Shown here piece after piece: positions 18,941 to 27,276 of a stretch of 48,223 bases of DNA; position 1 is the stretch's first letter, and every line of letters begins with the position of its first letter. The stretch lies in the IMG/VR virus record IMGVR_UViG_3300016722_000148, positions 1 to 48,223 of that record. One strand, 5' to 3'. The notes under the pieces were generated by a model, which saw nothing but the letters and a program-made list of their open reading frames with translations, was not told the DNA's origin and ran no database searches. The DNA is from a virus. Its lineage: Duplodnaviria > Caudoviricetes. Made by a program: the position numbers and the translations under genes.

Positions 18941-19141
18941 CGTCAAACCAGTATGCGGATGCATACCCGATCGAGCGCGGTTACAGCTCCATTTTGAACA
19001 GTGGGCTTTTTTTATGCCCAAAAGTCGCGATATAGCGGCTGCCTTCCTTTGTATTTTTTGCTCCTTCGGGATGCGAGTGTACTGGTTTGACGACGGGGAA
19101 TGGCAGCCGTTTTTCTGTCTATAATGTCAAACCAGTACTAA
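18941..19141 (+). ncRNA. C4/CI-like antisense RNA cassette with upstream and downstream target boxes
   Basis: CGTCAAACCAGTA (18941-18953) and GTCAAACCAGTAC (19126-19138) are both complementary to 19079-19092, which lies inside the stem CGGCTGCC.TTCC (19036-19047)/GGAA.GGCAGCCG (19097-19109); hairpin TGGGC...GCCCA at 19002-19020. Confidence 0.7.
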
Positions 19142-19142
19142 A

Positions 19143-19484
19143 ATGAAATTATTAGTAATTTCTTACACAATCAAAGTGCATTGTGCTCGTTCCTATCGGG
19201 AATGGAACCCAAATGCAATTGTCAAGGAAACCAAAAAGGATATTCCTCAAACGCTTGTAATAGCCGGGGATGATCCACGGTTTATTGAACTCAAAAAGTT
19301 TTATGGGGATAAACCTTTTCATGAAAATGATATTCAAGAGCTATTGAATGATCAAAGTTATTTTGATGAATGGTTTGATTGTTTTTTTGAAGATGACAAG
19401 CTGATAGGCGAAATTACAACAACGCCTATTGGAGCCCCTAAGTTGAAATCTTTTAAGGTGATCAATTACGGAGGGCTACTATGA
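19143..19484 (+). CDS. Hypothetical protein in antirepressor operon
   Basis: 113-aa ORF directly after the antisense cassette. Confidence 0.6.
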   Translation: MKLLVISYTIKVHCARSYREWNPNAIVKETKKDIPQTLVIAGDDPRFIELKKFYGDKPFHENDIQELLNDQSYFDEWFDCFFEDDKLIGEITTTPIGAPKLKSFKVINYGGLL

Positions 19485-19756
19485 AAAAGAATTCCATCGG
19501 GGCGCTACCTGCTCCCCAACCATCCGCATCGAATCGTATTTTTGGGAATTTATCCCGCCTGTTCTCCTCGCTCAAAAAGCGAGCATCCTCATTGGCATAT
19601 ATGTGCCAAATTCGTACAAAGTCCGATCGTTATTATGCGCTATCCGTCCTGTTTATGGTCGTCACGCTGTTTATACCGGTTGTGGTTTTCGTTTCTGCTT
19701 TTTACCTTTACAGGGCCAAAAAGGCAGAAAAAAATGAAATGAATAAAAAATCTTAA
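19481..19756 (+). CDS. Small membrane protein
   Basis: Hydrophobic stretch YALSVLFMVVTLFIPVVVFVSAFYLY, basic ends, ATGA coupling. Confidence 0.6.
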   Translation: MKKNSIGALPAPQPSASNRIFGNLSRLFSSLKKRASSLAYMCQIRTKSDRYYALSVLFMVVTLFIPVVVFVSAFYLYRAKKAEKNEMNKKS

Positions 19757-19769
19757 TTAAAAAAAAATC

Positions 19770-20327
19770 ATGGAAAATCTAAAAGAACAAAACAGCGCGA
19801 CTATGTCTAACACAGAGAATGAACAAGTTAATGAGGTATTATCTATAAAAGAGGTACTCGGTAAAGAGTATAAATCGCTTGCACGCGCCATCACCGAACT
19901 ACGCAGTGTGCTCGGAAGTTGCAAACGTTATCCGGTTGCCAATCGAGGTATACTGCACATCATCCGGCACGACGTACTCGCCCTGCACGGCGTTACCCGC
20001 CGTGTATATTACACGTTCGAGGACATGACGGACGAAGAATCGCAAAGTGTCGACGCGCTCAACGAACTGATTCGCACCGCCACTCACCTTATGATGGATT
20101 ATCTCAAAGATGCCAATTCCGGTCGCTGCGAACGCGGAGACAACGTGGATCGTGAAGGTTGGAACATCGAGATGCGTTCGTCCGTGTTCGACGGCCGTCT
20201 CTATGCCATCGACTTTTGCCTGTTCAACCTCGGCTTCGATAACCCCGAAAAGGAAATTGATTTCGATTTATCGCTTTCCGACGTCGAAGAGATCATGGCT
20301 GACATTTGGGAGAAGTTGGAAAAATAA
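19770..20327 (+). CDS. Hypothetical protein
   Basis: 185-aa ORF with A-rich leader. Confidence 0.6.
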   Translation: MENLKEQNSATMSNTENEQVNEVLSIKEVLGKEYKSLARAITELRSVLGSCKRYPVANRGILHIIRHDVLALHGVTRRVYYTFEDMTDEESQSVDALNELIRTATHLMMDYLKDANSGRCERGDNVDREGWNIEMRSSVFDGRLYAIDFCLFNLGFDNPEKEIDFDLSLSDVEEIMADIWEKLEK

Positions 20328-20337
20328 TGTATATTTG
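20305..20337 (+). promoter_or_regulatory. Consensus Bacteroidota sigmaA promoter for the antirepressor gene
   Basis: TTTG (20305-20308)-N21-TATATTTG (20330-20337). Confidence 0.6.
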
Positions 20338-20361
20338 TATGCTAATCTTTTTTTTATAATT

Positions 20362-20901
20362 ATGAATACAAAAATTATTACGAGAGTAAACAATGTCGAT
20401 ATCGTATCGACAAGTGACGAACAATTGGTTGCAATCAAGCCTATTTGCGAAGCGTTGGGGATTACGGACAGACCGCAACGCGAGAAGATTTCTTCCCATC
20501 CAATTTTATCTTCAGTTGGGACGCTTAGCATCCTAACTGGGAAAGATGGAAAAGAATATGAAATGTTCTGTTTGCCGTTCAAATATATATTCGGATGGCT
20601 CTTTACTATCAACCCAAACAATGTGGATGAATCGGCTCGCCCAAACTTAATTAGATTCCAAGAGGAATGTTATGAAGCTTTATATCGATATTTTGCAGAT
20701 AAAGCCACATTTGTGGAGCAGAAACAGGATGAAATAGACAAGCAACTTAATATTGTAGAAGAAGCAAAGTCGAATTTCAACAAAGCAAAAACGATATTGA
20801 GCAATGCTGATCAGAAATTGCAGAAGTTGCGTAAGCTTACCATGGACGATTTCGACTACGAGCGTCGGCAACTAAAACTTTTTGATTCAGAAACTGTATA
20901 A
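20362..20901 (+). CDS. Phage antirepressor, P22_AR N-terminal domain
   Basis: VAIKPICEALGI..Q.EKI..TGKDGKEYEMFCLP..IFGWLFTINP..FQEECYEALYRYF; ATG at 20362. Confidence 0.85.
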   Translation: MNTKIITRVNNVDIVSTSDEQLVAIKPICEALGITDRPQREKISSHPILSSVGTLSILTGKDGKEYEMFCLPFKYIFGWLFTINPNNVDESARPNLIRFQEECYEALYRYFADKATFVEQKQDEIDKQLNIVEEAKSNFNKAKTILSNADQKLQKLRKLTMDDFDYERRQLKLFDSETV

Positions 20902-20930
20902 CGAAGTAGGACGCCAATCACTCGATAGCG

Positions 20931-20969
20931 AAGCCCGCCGTGTCTGTAAAGATGCGGCGGGCTTTTTTT
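20931..20969. terminator. Intrinsic terminator, likely bidirectional
   Basis: AAGCCCGCCG TGTCT..AGATG CGGCGGGCTT then T-run, between convergent genes. Confidence 0.8.
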
Positions 20970-20982
20970 ATGATGTATTTTA

Positions 20983-21411
20983 TTATTCTTTTGTTTTCTT
21001 GTTTTGGGTGTTCGTAAATGCCGAAACTACCGAAACAAGCCCTGTTAGAGAAAAGATGCCTGCGAACCACGGTTTATCCAAATAGAGCGCCAATGCTGCA
21101 ACTGAAAAAATGACCACCACGCAAAGGAACGCATAAAACATTCCTAAAGAGTTGATGTGAGAGGCCATTTTGTCTGACTTTGCAATCATTTTAAGTTTGG
21201 CGTCCTCTATTTGATGACGGTGTTTTTGTTCGTTGACGGATGCGTCAATTAAATATTGAACAATTTGAGGATCAATTTGCTTATAGGCCTCCAACTCTTG
21301 GGCGCTAGGCAAACAATTGTCATCGACAGTAAATGTCTGTTCTATCTGTTTGCCCATGCCGTCATTGGTAGATACTTGGGTTTCCCTGTTCCTAAGTGTT
21401 TGCTTCCCCAT
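20983..21411 (-). CDS. DUF2335-like membrane protein
   Basis: LPSAQELEAYKQIDP..EQKHRHQIE followed by two transmembrane segments. Confidence 0.75.
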   Translation of the reverse strand: MGKQTLRNRETQVSTNDGMGKQIEQTFTVDDNCLPSAQELEAYKQIDPQIVQYLIDASVNEQKHRHQIEDAKLKMIAKSDKMASHINSLGMFYAFLCVVVIFSVAALALYLDKPWFAGIFSLTGLVSVVSAFTNTQNKKTKE

Positions 21412-21635
21412 TATCTCAATACGAGTTTGTCCAAAGACTTGCGAACATCGCTTCCTATATTCTTTTGGTCTTGTTTCAAATTTCTTTTATCGTCTGCCTT
21501 TGTCTTTTCCTTAAACAGTTCGGCCTTGAATTCCGAAATACTTTCAGATTCATTTTGATATTGTCCACGGGAAGCTTTTCCGAATGTAGTGAAACCGTCT
21601 TTTATGAAACGTCCGAATTCTTTTAGCTTGCACAT
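21411..21635 (-). CDS. Small partner protein upstream of the DUF2335 gene
   Basis: 74 aa, stop/start overlap; -7 box TACATTTG at 21672-21665. Confidence 0.7.
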   Translation of the reverse strand: MCKLKEFGRFIKDGFTTFGKASRGQYQNESESISEFKAELFKEKTKADDKRNLKQDQKNIGSDVRKSLDKLVLR

Positions 21636-21850
21636 ATCCTTTTTGTTTTAATATTCTTGATGCGCAAATGTACGCACATTTTATTAAAGTACAAAAAAAA
21701 GCGATTGCATTTTGTTTGTCTTACGATGCATTATACGATGTTAGCGTTTCAGTATGCATATCATACGTAGCAGTAATTATTGACTGAGTTGTGTTGCTAA
21801 GCATCATAACTCAACTTGCTTGCACCTATACAAAGATTGTGCCCGCTTTT

Positions 21851-21885
21851 GTCCTTTTTATAGGCTTATCCGTGACCTATTTTTG
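21851..21885 (+). promoter_or_regulatory. Late-type promoter 3 (GTCCTTT-N20-TATTTTTG)
   Basis: GTCCTTT at 21851, -7 box at 21878-21885. Confidence 0.75.
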
Positions 21886-21901
21886 TATAAAAATAGCGAA
21901 C

Positions 21902-22414
21902 ATGGCAACAGAGAACGACATAAAGCTGGAATTTATCCGCCAAGAACTTGATAAGCACGGCGATTGGCTCAAAAGGTTATTCCTCACGCAATTGGTGAAG
22001 TATAAGCATATACGCACGAATGATCTGTTCGACTCGATCGAGTACAACGTGGTGAACATAGGCAACGGATATGAATTGCAGTTTGAATTCTTGGACTATG
22101 GACGTTTTTTCGATATCGCCGCCTACGAAGGAAGAAAGAAGCGCAACGACTGGACGCAAAACACCAATCGCATGATGTGGGGATTGAAGGAACGGAAAAC
22201 GAAGAAGCGTATCAAGAACGTGTTCTACAATCCTGCCGGTGGCGAACTGGGATACGACTATCAGAAGAACACCAAGACAGTCGCGAAGAACAACAAGTGG
22301 TATGCCCGTACCATGTACGGCGGACTGGGCCGACTGGTGGCATCGCTCCTGTACGACCTCGGTGATGAAGAAATAGCACGAATAAAATCACAAATCGAAA
22401 ATACATTTAACTGA
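21902..22414 (+). CDS. Putative neck/tail-completion protein
   Basis: Basic 170-aa protein (RTNDLFDSI, FLDYGRFFDI); ATG at 21902 just after promoter. Confidence 0.5.
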   Translation: MATENDIKLEFIRQELDKHGDWLKRLFLTQLVKYKHIRTNDLFDSIEYNVVNIGNGYELQFEFLDYGRFFDIAAYEGRKKRNDWTQNTNRMMWGLKERKTKKRIKNVFYNPAGGELGYDYQKNTKTVAKNNKWYARTMYGGLGRLVASLLYDLGDEEIARIKSQIENTFN

Positions 22415-22415
22415 T

Positions 22416-23795
22416 ATGGCAAAAAAGGCAGAAAACAAACCGGTGCATAGCATCGGGGGACTTTCAATAGTCGACACACAGGTGGGTACGTATGCTATCC
22501 GCATGTCAAACTACGACGACGATGCAATGGAGCGTTTCTTCGCGCTCGATTCCTCCTCTTGGGACAGTGATCCGGCAACGGTGGCGGGCGTCCGTGTCGT
22601 TCCGTGGGGAAATAGTGACAACCTGCCAACGTTGGTGCGCGACCTGCTCGAGAAAAACAATCTCGGCCCCGGGGTGATGCTCCGCAAAGCGGGATTGATA
22701 TACGGTCAAGGGCCACAACTCTATCGGACGGCGATTGAAAACAACGAAGTGAACCATCAGTGGTGCGATGATGCACAGATTCAGGACTGGCTCGACTCAT
22801 GGGATTACCGCCGCTTCATTCGCGATGCCATTGTGGAGTACAATCACATGGGAGGCATTTTCGTAAAGTATCGTGCCGGCAAAGGTGTGCGCATCGGCCG
22901 TCAGTGGATTTCGTCTCTCGAGGTTTTGCATTCCAAGGATTGCAGGCTGGTATGGCCCGACACCGGGTTTAAGAATCTCGACAGTGTCAAGCAGATTCTA
23001 GTGGGCGACTTGGAATCGTTCCGCCAACGAGACATTTACCTCTACCCCACTTTCGACAAATATAACCCGACGGCGTCCGAAGTTTCGATAGGCTATCACT
23101 GCCTGCGCTCGTACGGCCGTCAATTTTATGCGGTGAGTAGCTTCCTCGGTTCACTGCCGTGGATGGAAAACGCCAACGAGCTGCCTAAAATCATAAAGGC
23201 ACTCAACAAAAATATGATGGCAGGCGCCTACATCGTGCACGAGCCTGCGGGGTATTGGGAAGATAAGCGGTTAAAGCTTATCGAGATGGATGCATCGCGT
23301 TCCAACACGGAGATAGATGCGCTACTCAACGCGGAGCGCGAACAAGTGGTGAAGAACATTGCCGAAGTGATGGCGGGGTCGAAGAATGCCGGTAAGTTTT
23401 TCACCGCCGTCGACTTTGTCGATCCGCAGAGCGGAAAGGAACAATCGTGGAAGATAGAACCTATCGAAATGAACATCGACAAATATATCGAGGCGCAGGT
23501 CAAGGTGAGCCGTATAGCCGACTCGAGCACGACTAGCGGACTGGGCATCAACCCCGCACTTGCCAACATCATTATCGATGGGAAAGGTGATAGCGGTTCG
23601 CAGATGCTCTATGCACTAAAGATTTTCTACGGAGCGGATACGACCATTCCGGAAGAAATCGTACTCGAGGCAATCAATGATGCCATCGCGATAAACTTCC
23701 CACGCAAGCGCGACATACGGCTGGGACTATACCGTCAGGTCATCAACAAAGAAGATAACGTAACGGCGTCCGATCGGGCAACGAATAATATGTAA
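22416..23795 (+). CDS. Portal protein
   Basis: 459 aa; VVPWGNSDNLP, IYGQGP, GSKNAGKFF motifs; position ahead of neck genes. Confidence 0.75.
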   Translation: MAKKAENKPVHSIGGLSIVDTQVGTYAIRMSNYDDDAMERFFALDSSSWDSDPATVAGVRVVPWGNSDNLPTLVRDLLEKNNLGPGVMLRKAGLIYGQGPQLYRTAIENNEVNHQWCDDAQIQDWLDSWDYRRFIRDAIVEYNHMGGIFVKYRAGKGVRIGRQWISSLEVLHSKDCRLVWPDTGFKNLDSVKQILVGDLESFRQRDIYLYPTFDKYNPTASEVSIGYHCLRSYGRQFYAVSSFLGSLPWMENANELPKIIKALNKNMMAGAYIVHEPAGYWEDKRLKLIEMDASRSNTEIDALLNAEREQVVKNIAEVMAGSKNAGKFFTAVDFVDPQSGKEQSWKIEPIEMNIDKYIEAQVKVSRIADSSTTSGLGINPALANIIIDGKGDSGSQMLYALKIFYGADTTIPEEIVLEAINDAIAINFPRKRDIRLGLYRQVINKEDNVTASDRATNNM

Positions 23796-24070
23796 TGGCC
23801 ATGGACGTATTTGAAGCAATAACCGAAATGCGCCGCATATCAAAAAAGGGCGGAGAATTCTCCATGTCTTTCATGGGATATTCGATGAAGCGCCGCAAGA
23901 GCGAGGGTGTGGTATTCATCAGCCGGGCTCGGCTGTCGAAGCAAGCAAATGCGGAAAAAGTGGCACATGCCGACGATCTGCTCAACTTTGTAGACCTCGA
24001 TCGGGGCGAGTACCACCGCTGCTATCAACCGCTACTAATGACTTTTGAAGGCAATCAATTAACTCTATAA
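23795..24070 (+). CDS. Conserved hypothetical phage protein
   Basis: 91 aa, coupled to portal stop. Confidence 0.6.
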   Translation: MAMDVFEAITEMRRISKKGGEFSMSFMGYSMKRRKSEGVVFISRARLSKQANAEKVAHADDLLNFVDLDRGEYHRCYQPLLMTFEGNQLTL

Positions 24071-24073
24071 ATT

Positions 24074-24988
24074 ATGATTTTTCAAACATCGAAAGAAATA
24101 GCCGAGATAACCGGCGATTATTATGCGAATAGCAACTTTACGAAGTTGTTCCCCTTCCTCATGCAAGCTACCCTCGGACTAAAGCGCATCGTGGGCGACG
24201 GAATCATAGCTCTCGCACAAGCAAGTTATGATAATGCTACAGCAGAAACGTCCGATGCGGAACTGCTCGCACTCGTGCAATATGCGGTGGCTGTAAAGGC
24301 GACGATGGAATTATACCGGCACAACGATATCGGTCATGAAGACAACGGACGGCATGTGAAGATAGATGCCGATCACGAAAAAATGCCGTGGGAATGGCAG
24401 CTCAACCGCGATGATGAGATAAGGCTGGACGATTACTATCAAGGTGTGGACAATTTGCTGGAGTATCTTGAGCGCAAAAAAATAGCCGAATGGATTACGC
24501 AGAAGGCGCGCATGGGATTGAAAGACTTATTGCTTCCCAATGCCGAGAAATTCTCGCAGTATTGGACCATCGACTCGCCACGCATCTTTATGCAGCTGGT
24601 GCCACTCATCGCCGAAGCGCAACGTCGCTGGATCGAACCCGCTTTGGGCCAGGATAAGTTTGACGAGATGATTACGGCGGTGCAAGGGACGGATCACCCC
24701 GATGGATTAGACCAAGCAGCCAACGCGCTGGTACTTTATACGATGTTCCTATCGTTCTCGCGTGGACTGTATTCATTTATCCCCCGAGGCGTCATTCAAC
24801 GCAACCTATCGACGGATGGCATGTATAAGGGCGAATCGATATCCTTCGGACAGATAACAAATTATACACGCTACCTGGAGCGTGAGGCCAAAAAGGTACT
24901 CGACGACATGAAGGTAGCTGTAAAGGGAAAAGGAGAATACAAGCTGTTTCCAGACAATGACAAAGAAAACCCATACTTTATATTATGA
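24074..24988 (+). CDS. Putative head-tail connector (DUF6712-like)
   Basis: 304 aa, two similar helical halves, EKMPWEWQ; position after portal. Confidence 0.55.
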   Translation: MIFQTSKEIAEITGDYYANSNFTKLFPFLMQATLGLKRIVGDGIIALAQASYDNATAETSDAELLALVQYAVAVKATMELYRHNDIGHEDNGRHVKIDADHEKMPWEWQLNRDDEIRLDDYYQGVDNLLEYLERKKIAEWITQKARMGLKDLLLPNAEKFSQYWTIDSPRIFMQLVPLIAEAQRRWIEPALGQDKFDEMITAVQGTDHPDGLDQAANALVLYTMFLSFSRGLYSFIPRGVIQRNLSTDGMYKGESISFGQITNYTRYLEREAKKVLDDMKVAVKGKGEYKLFPDNDKENPYFIL

Positions 24989-25968
24989 CGATCAATCAAC
25001 AACCGCAGACTTATTGCTTCGCTTCGATGATGAACGATTTCATTATAGACAGCGATGCGAGCATCAGTTTTACCGTGAAACTTGCCGGCAAAAAGATTCT
25101 CGACGAAACATACGCTCCCGATGGCGATCGTCGGATTATTATTCGAGGATTGGGTAACATCTGCCGCATGGCACTATGGGGTGTATGGCATGGAGCGGAC
25201 GAGACAGTACAGCCGAACGTCTATGGCGTGTTCGAATTCTATATTAACGACACGTTGACATGCAGCAGCACGATGATCTTTTCGACCATGGCCACGAAGA
25301 AAGATGCCGCCGCACTTTTCGCCACCGGTGGTTTTCTATCGAGAGTAAACGCCAAGATGACACGACCGGATGCGATGGAATGGCTTACGGCAGTAATACC
25401 TGCCGGTGTGGATGTAAAGGCTACACCATCCAAAAATGGGGTGCAGGGCACGGTGGTGGTGGTCCATACAGCGACTAGCACGCCCACGGTAGCAACATTG
25501 AATGTATCGTACTCGACACTATTCGGTACATCGGACTACGACAGCTACGTGGTGAGCTGTGGAGAGAGCATGCTGTTCATCGTCGATGCAACTTCGAACA
25601 ACGGCTATTCGCTGGTGCGCTACAAAAATATGTTCGACTGCCCCGAGACGGTTATCATGCGGGGCGATTTGTCCATTGAGGGCGGTTCGACGGACGAGGT
25701 AGCGGAGATAGACGGCGAAAGTCGCCGCATGAGCATCACCCCGAAAGATACGTTTACGCTTTCGTCGGGAGTGTTTTTCATGCAGTCGGACTATCTGCTA
25801 TTTCACGACCTGGCAGGAGCAATGCAAGCATCCATCCTGTGCGGCACGGACTGGGTTAACATCGTGGTATCGAAGTATAGTTTCAAGCGCACCAACCGCC
25901 GCACGATGGAAGAGGTGACTTACACCTTCACGCCGGCCAATCCTGAACACGAAACACTTATCTTATAA
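24985..25968 (+). CDS. Putative virion structural protein
   Basis: 327 aa, beta-rich, YKNMFDCPET motif. Confidence 0.5.
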   Translation: MTINQQPQTYCFASMMNDFIIDSDASISFTVKLAGKKILDETYAPDGDRRIIIRGLGNICRMALWGVWHGADETVQPNVYGVFEFYINDTLTCSSTMIFSTMATKKDAAALFATGGFLSRVNAKMTRPDAMEWLTAVIPAGVDVKATPSKNGVQGTVVVVHTATSTPTVATLNVSYSTLFGTSDYDSYVVSCGESMLFIVDATSNNGYSLVRYKNMFDCPETVIMRGDLSIEGGSTDEVAEIDGESRRMSITPKDTFTLSSGVFFMQSDYLLFHDLAGAMQASILCGTDWVNIVVSKYSFKRTNRRTMEEVTYTFTPANPEHETLIL

Positions 25969-25980
25969 TCAATTCATATT

Positions 25981-26811
25981 ATGACGAAAATAGTACTATC
26001 CGACAAAGTAGGTTTTCCTAATAGCTGGGAGAGCCTTACACGCAGGGAAACGATATGCCTGCTCAAATTATTCTTGATGCTGCAGCAAGATAAAGGACTG
26101 TCGCTTCGGGACGTGAAGCACATCTTTACTTCGCAGGTGTTTTCGTGGAGAGGAATACGAAAGGAAAAGACGATCGACTACCTGTTGTTGGTAGACGGTG
26201 CATCTAAGACACTTGACTGGGCAATCAGCTACGACGATGTTCTGCAGGCGGCGGTGATGAACTACGATTGCATCGAATGCCTGATAAAGGACTTCGGTAA
26301 GCTACAGGGGCCTGTCAGCTATGGCGGTGATATTAGCTTCGGGGAGTTTCGCTACCTATTGATGCTGTACAATGCGCTGGCGGAGAACGACGATGTGTAT
26401 GCGCTCGACCGCATGGCGGGCGTGCTCTATCGGACGGTAGATAAAAAGACGGGGCGCCATGTGCTGTTCAATGCGAACACAAACTATGGAGAGTTGGGAA
26501 AGCGGCTACCCGAATGGCTCAAATATTATGCTTATCTGTGGTTTACCGCTTTCGTGCGCTACCTCATGGCGGGCGATTTTATCATCGATGGCAACACGGT
26601 GAACTTCGCAAAGATATTTGCCGGCGAAAAAGAAACGCCTTCGGACAACTTCATCGGTATGAACTCCATTCTCTTTTCGGTGGCTGAGAGCCATGTATTC
26701 GGTGCAGCCAAAGAAGTGGACGAAACGCAACTGTTCCGCATCCTGATGAAATTGGTAGACGACGCTAATAAGGCCGAAGAATTGATGAAAATGTATAAAA
26801 GTAAGTCATGA
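25981..26811 (+). CDS. Putative tail assembly protein
   Basis: 276 aa, FPNSWESLT, ISFGEF, SVAESHVFG; position. Confidence 0.45.
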   Translation: MTKIVLSDKVGFPNSWESLTRRETICLLKLFLMLQQDKGLSLRDVKHIFTSQVFSWRGIRKEKTIDYLLLVDGASKTLDWAISYDDVLQAAVMNYDCIECLIKDFGKLQGPVSYGGDISFGEFRYLLMLYNALAENDDVYALDRMAGVLYRTVDKKTGRHVLFNANTNYGELGKRLPEWLKYYAYLWFTAFVRYLMAGDFIIDGNTVNFAKIFAGEKETPSDNFIGMNSILFSVAESHVFGAAKEVDETQLFRILMKLVDDANKAEELMKMYKSKS

Positions 26812-27266
26812 TTAAGATAACGGAATACAAGCAGATGTTGGCCGACATGCTGGCGGACATCAATCTAAAGCAACCTGCCGACAGGCAGGTGAATATCGTG
26901 CCGATACTATCGGCAGACGAAACCAGTTTCAGTAAAAAACTGGCGGAAACGACCGGTATCATCGTGGGCGGACAGTATCCCTCAGTCGACGTGAACAATG
27001 CGGAAGAGAATGCCGTGAATCCGACACATCCATGTCTGCTATTCATCCTCGAGAAGCGTGACTTGTCGACCATGACCGATGCCGAGCTGGATTTGTTTTA
27101 CGAGCAGATCGGCGAGTTGGCAGACGAGTTGATGCTGTGTATTTCGTGCAACGAATATGCCTGCTCATTAAGCGATTCGGCACGGTTCGGGGGTAACTTC
27201 CACTTCGAATGGGAGTATAATTATTCGGGCTTTTATGGCTGCTCAATCAGTTTTAATTTAATATAA
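26808..27266 (+). CDS. Putative tail terminator/completion protein
   Basis: Acidic 152 aa ending FYGCSISFNL, directly before tape measure. Confidence 0.45.
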   Translation: MIKITEYKQMLADMLADINLKQPADRQVNIVPILSADETSFSKKLAETTGIIVGGQYPSVDVNNAEENAVNPTHPCLLFILEKRDLSTMTDAELDLFYEQIGELADELMLCISCNEYACSLSDSARFGGNFHFEWEYNYSGFYGCSISFNLI

Positions 27267-27276
27267 ATATACGATT

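Noticed and set aside
18906-19124. 72-aa TTG ORF
   Set aside because: Coincides with the structured antisense RNA cassette; better explained as non-coding.
20110-20361. N-terminal extension of the antirepressor in the ORF track
   Set aside because: Overlaps 19770-20327 and a consensus promoter; the recognisable domain starts at ATG 20362.
25981-27276. Tail-chaperone -1 frameshift before the tape measure gene
   Set aside because: I found no convincing slippery heptamer with an overlapping downstream frame by eye.
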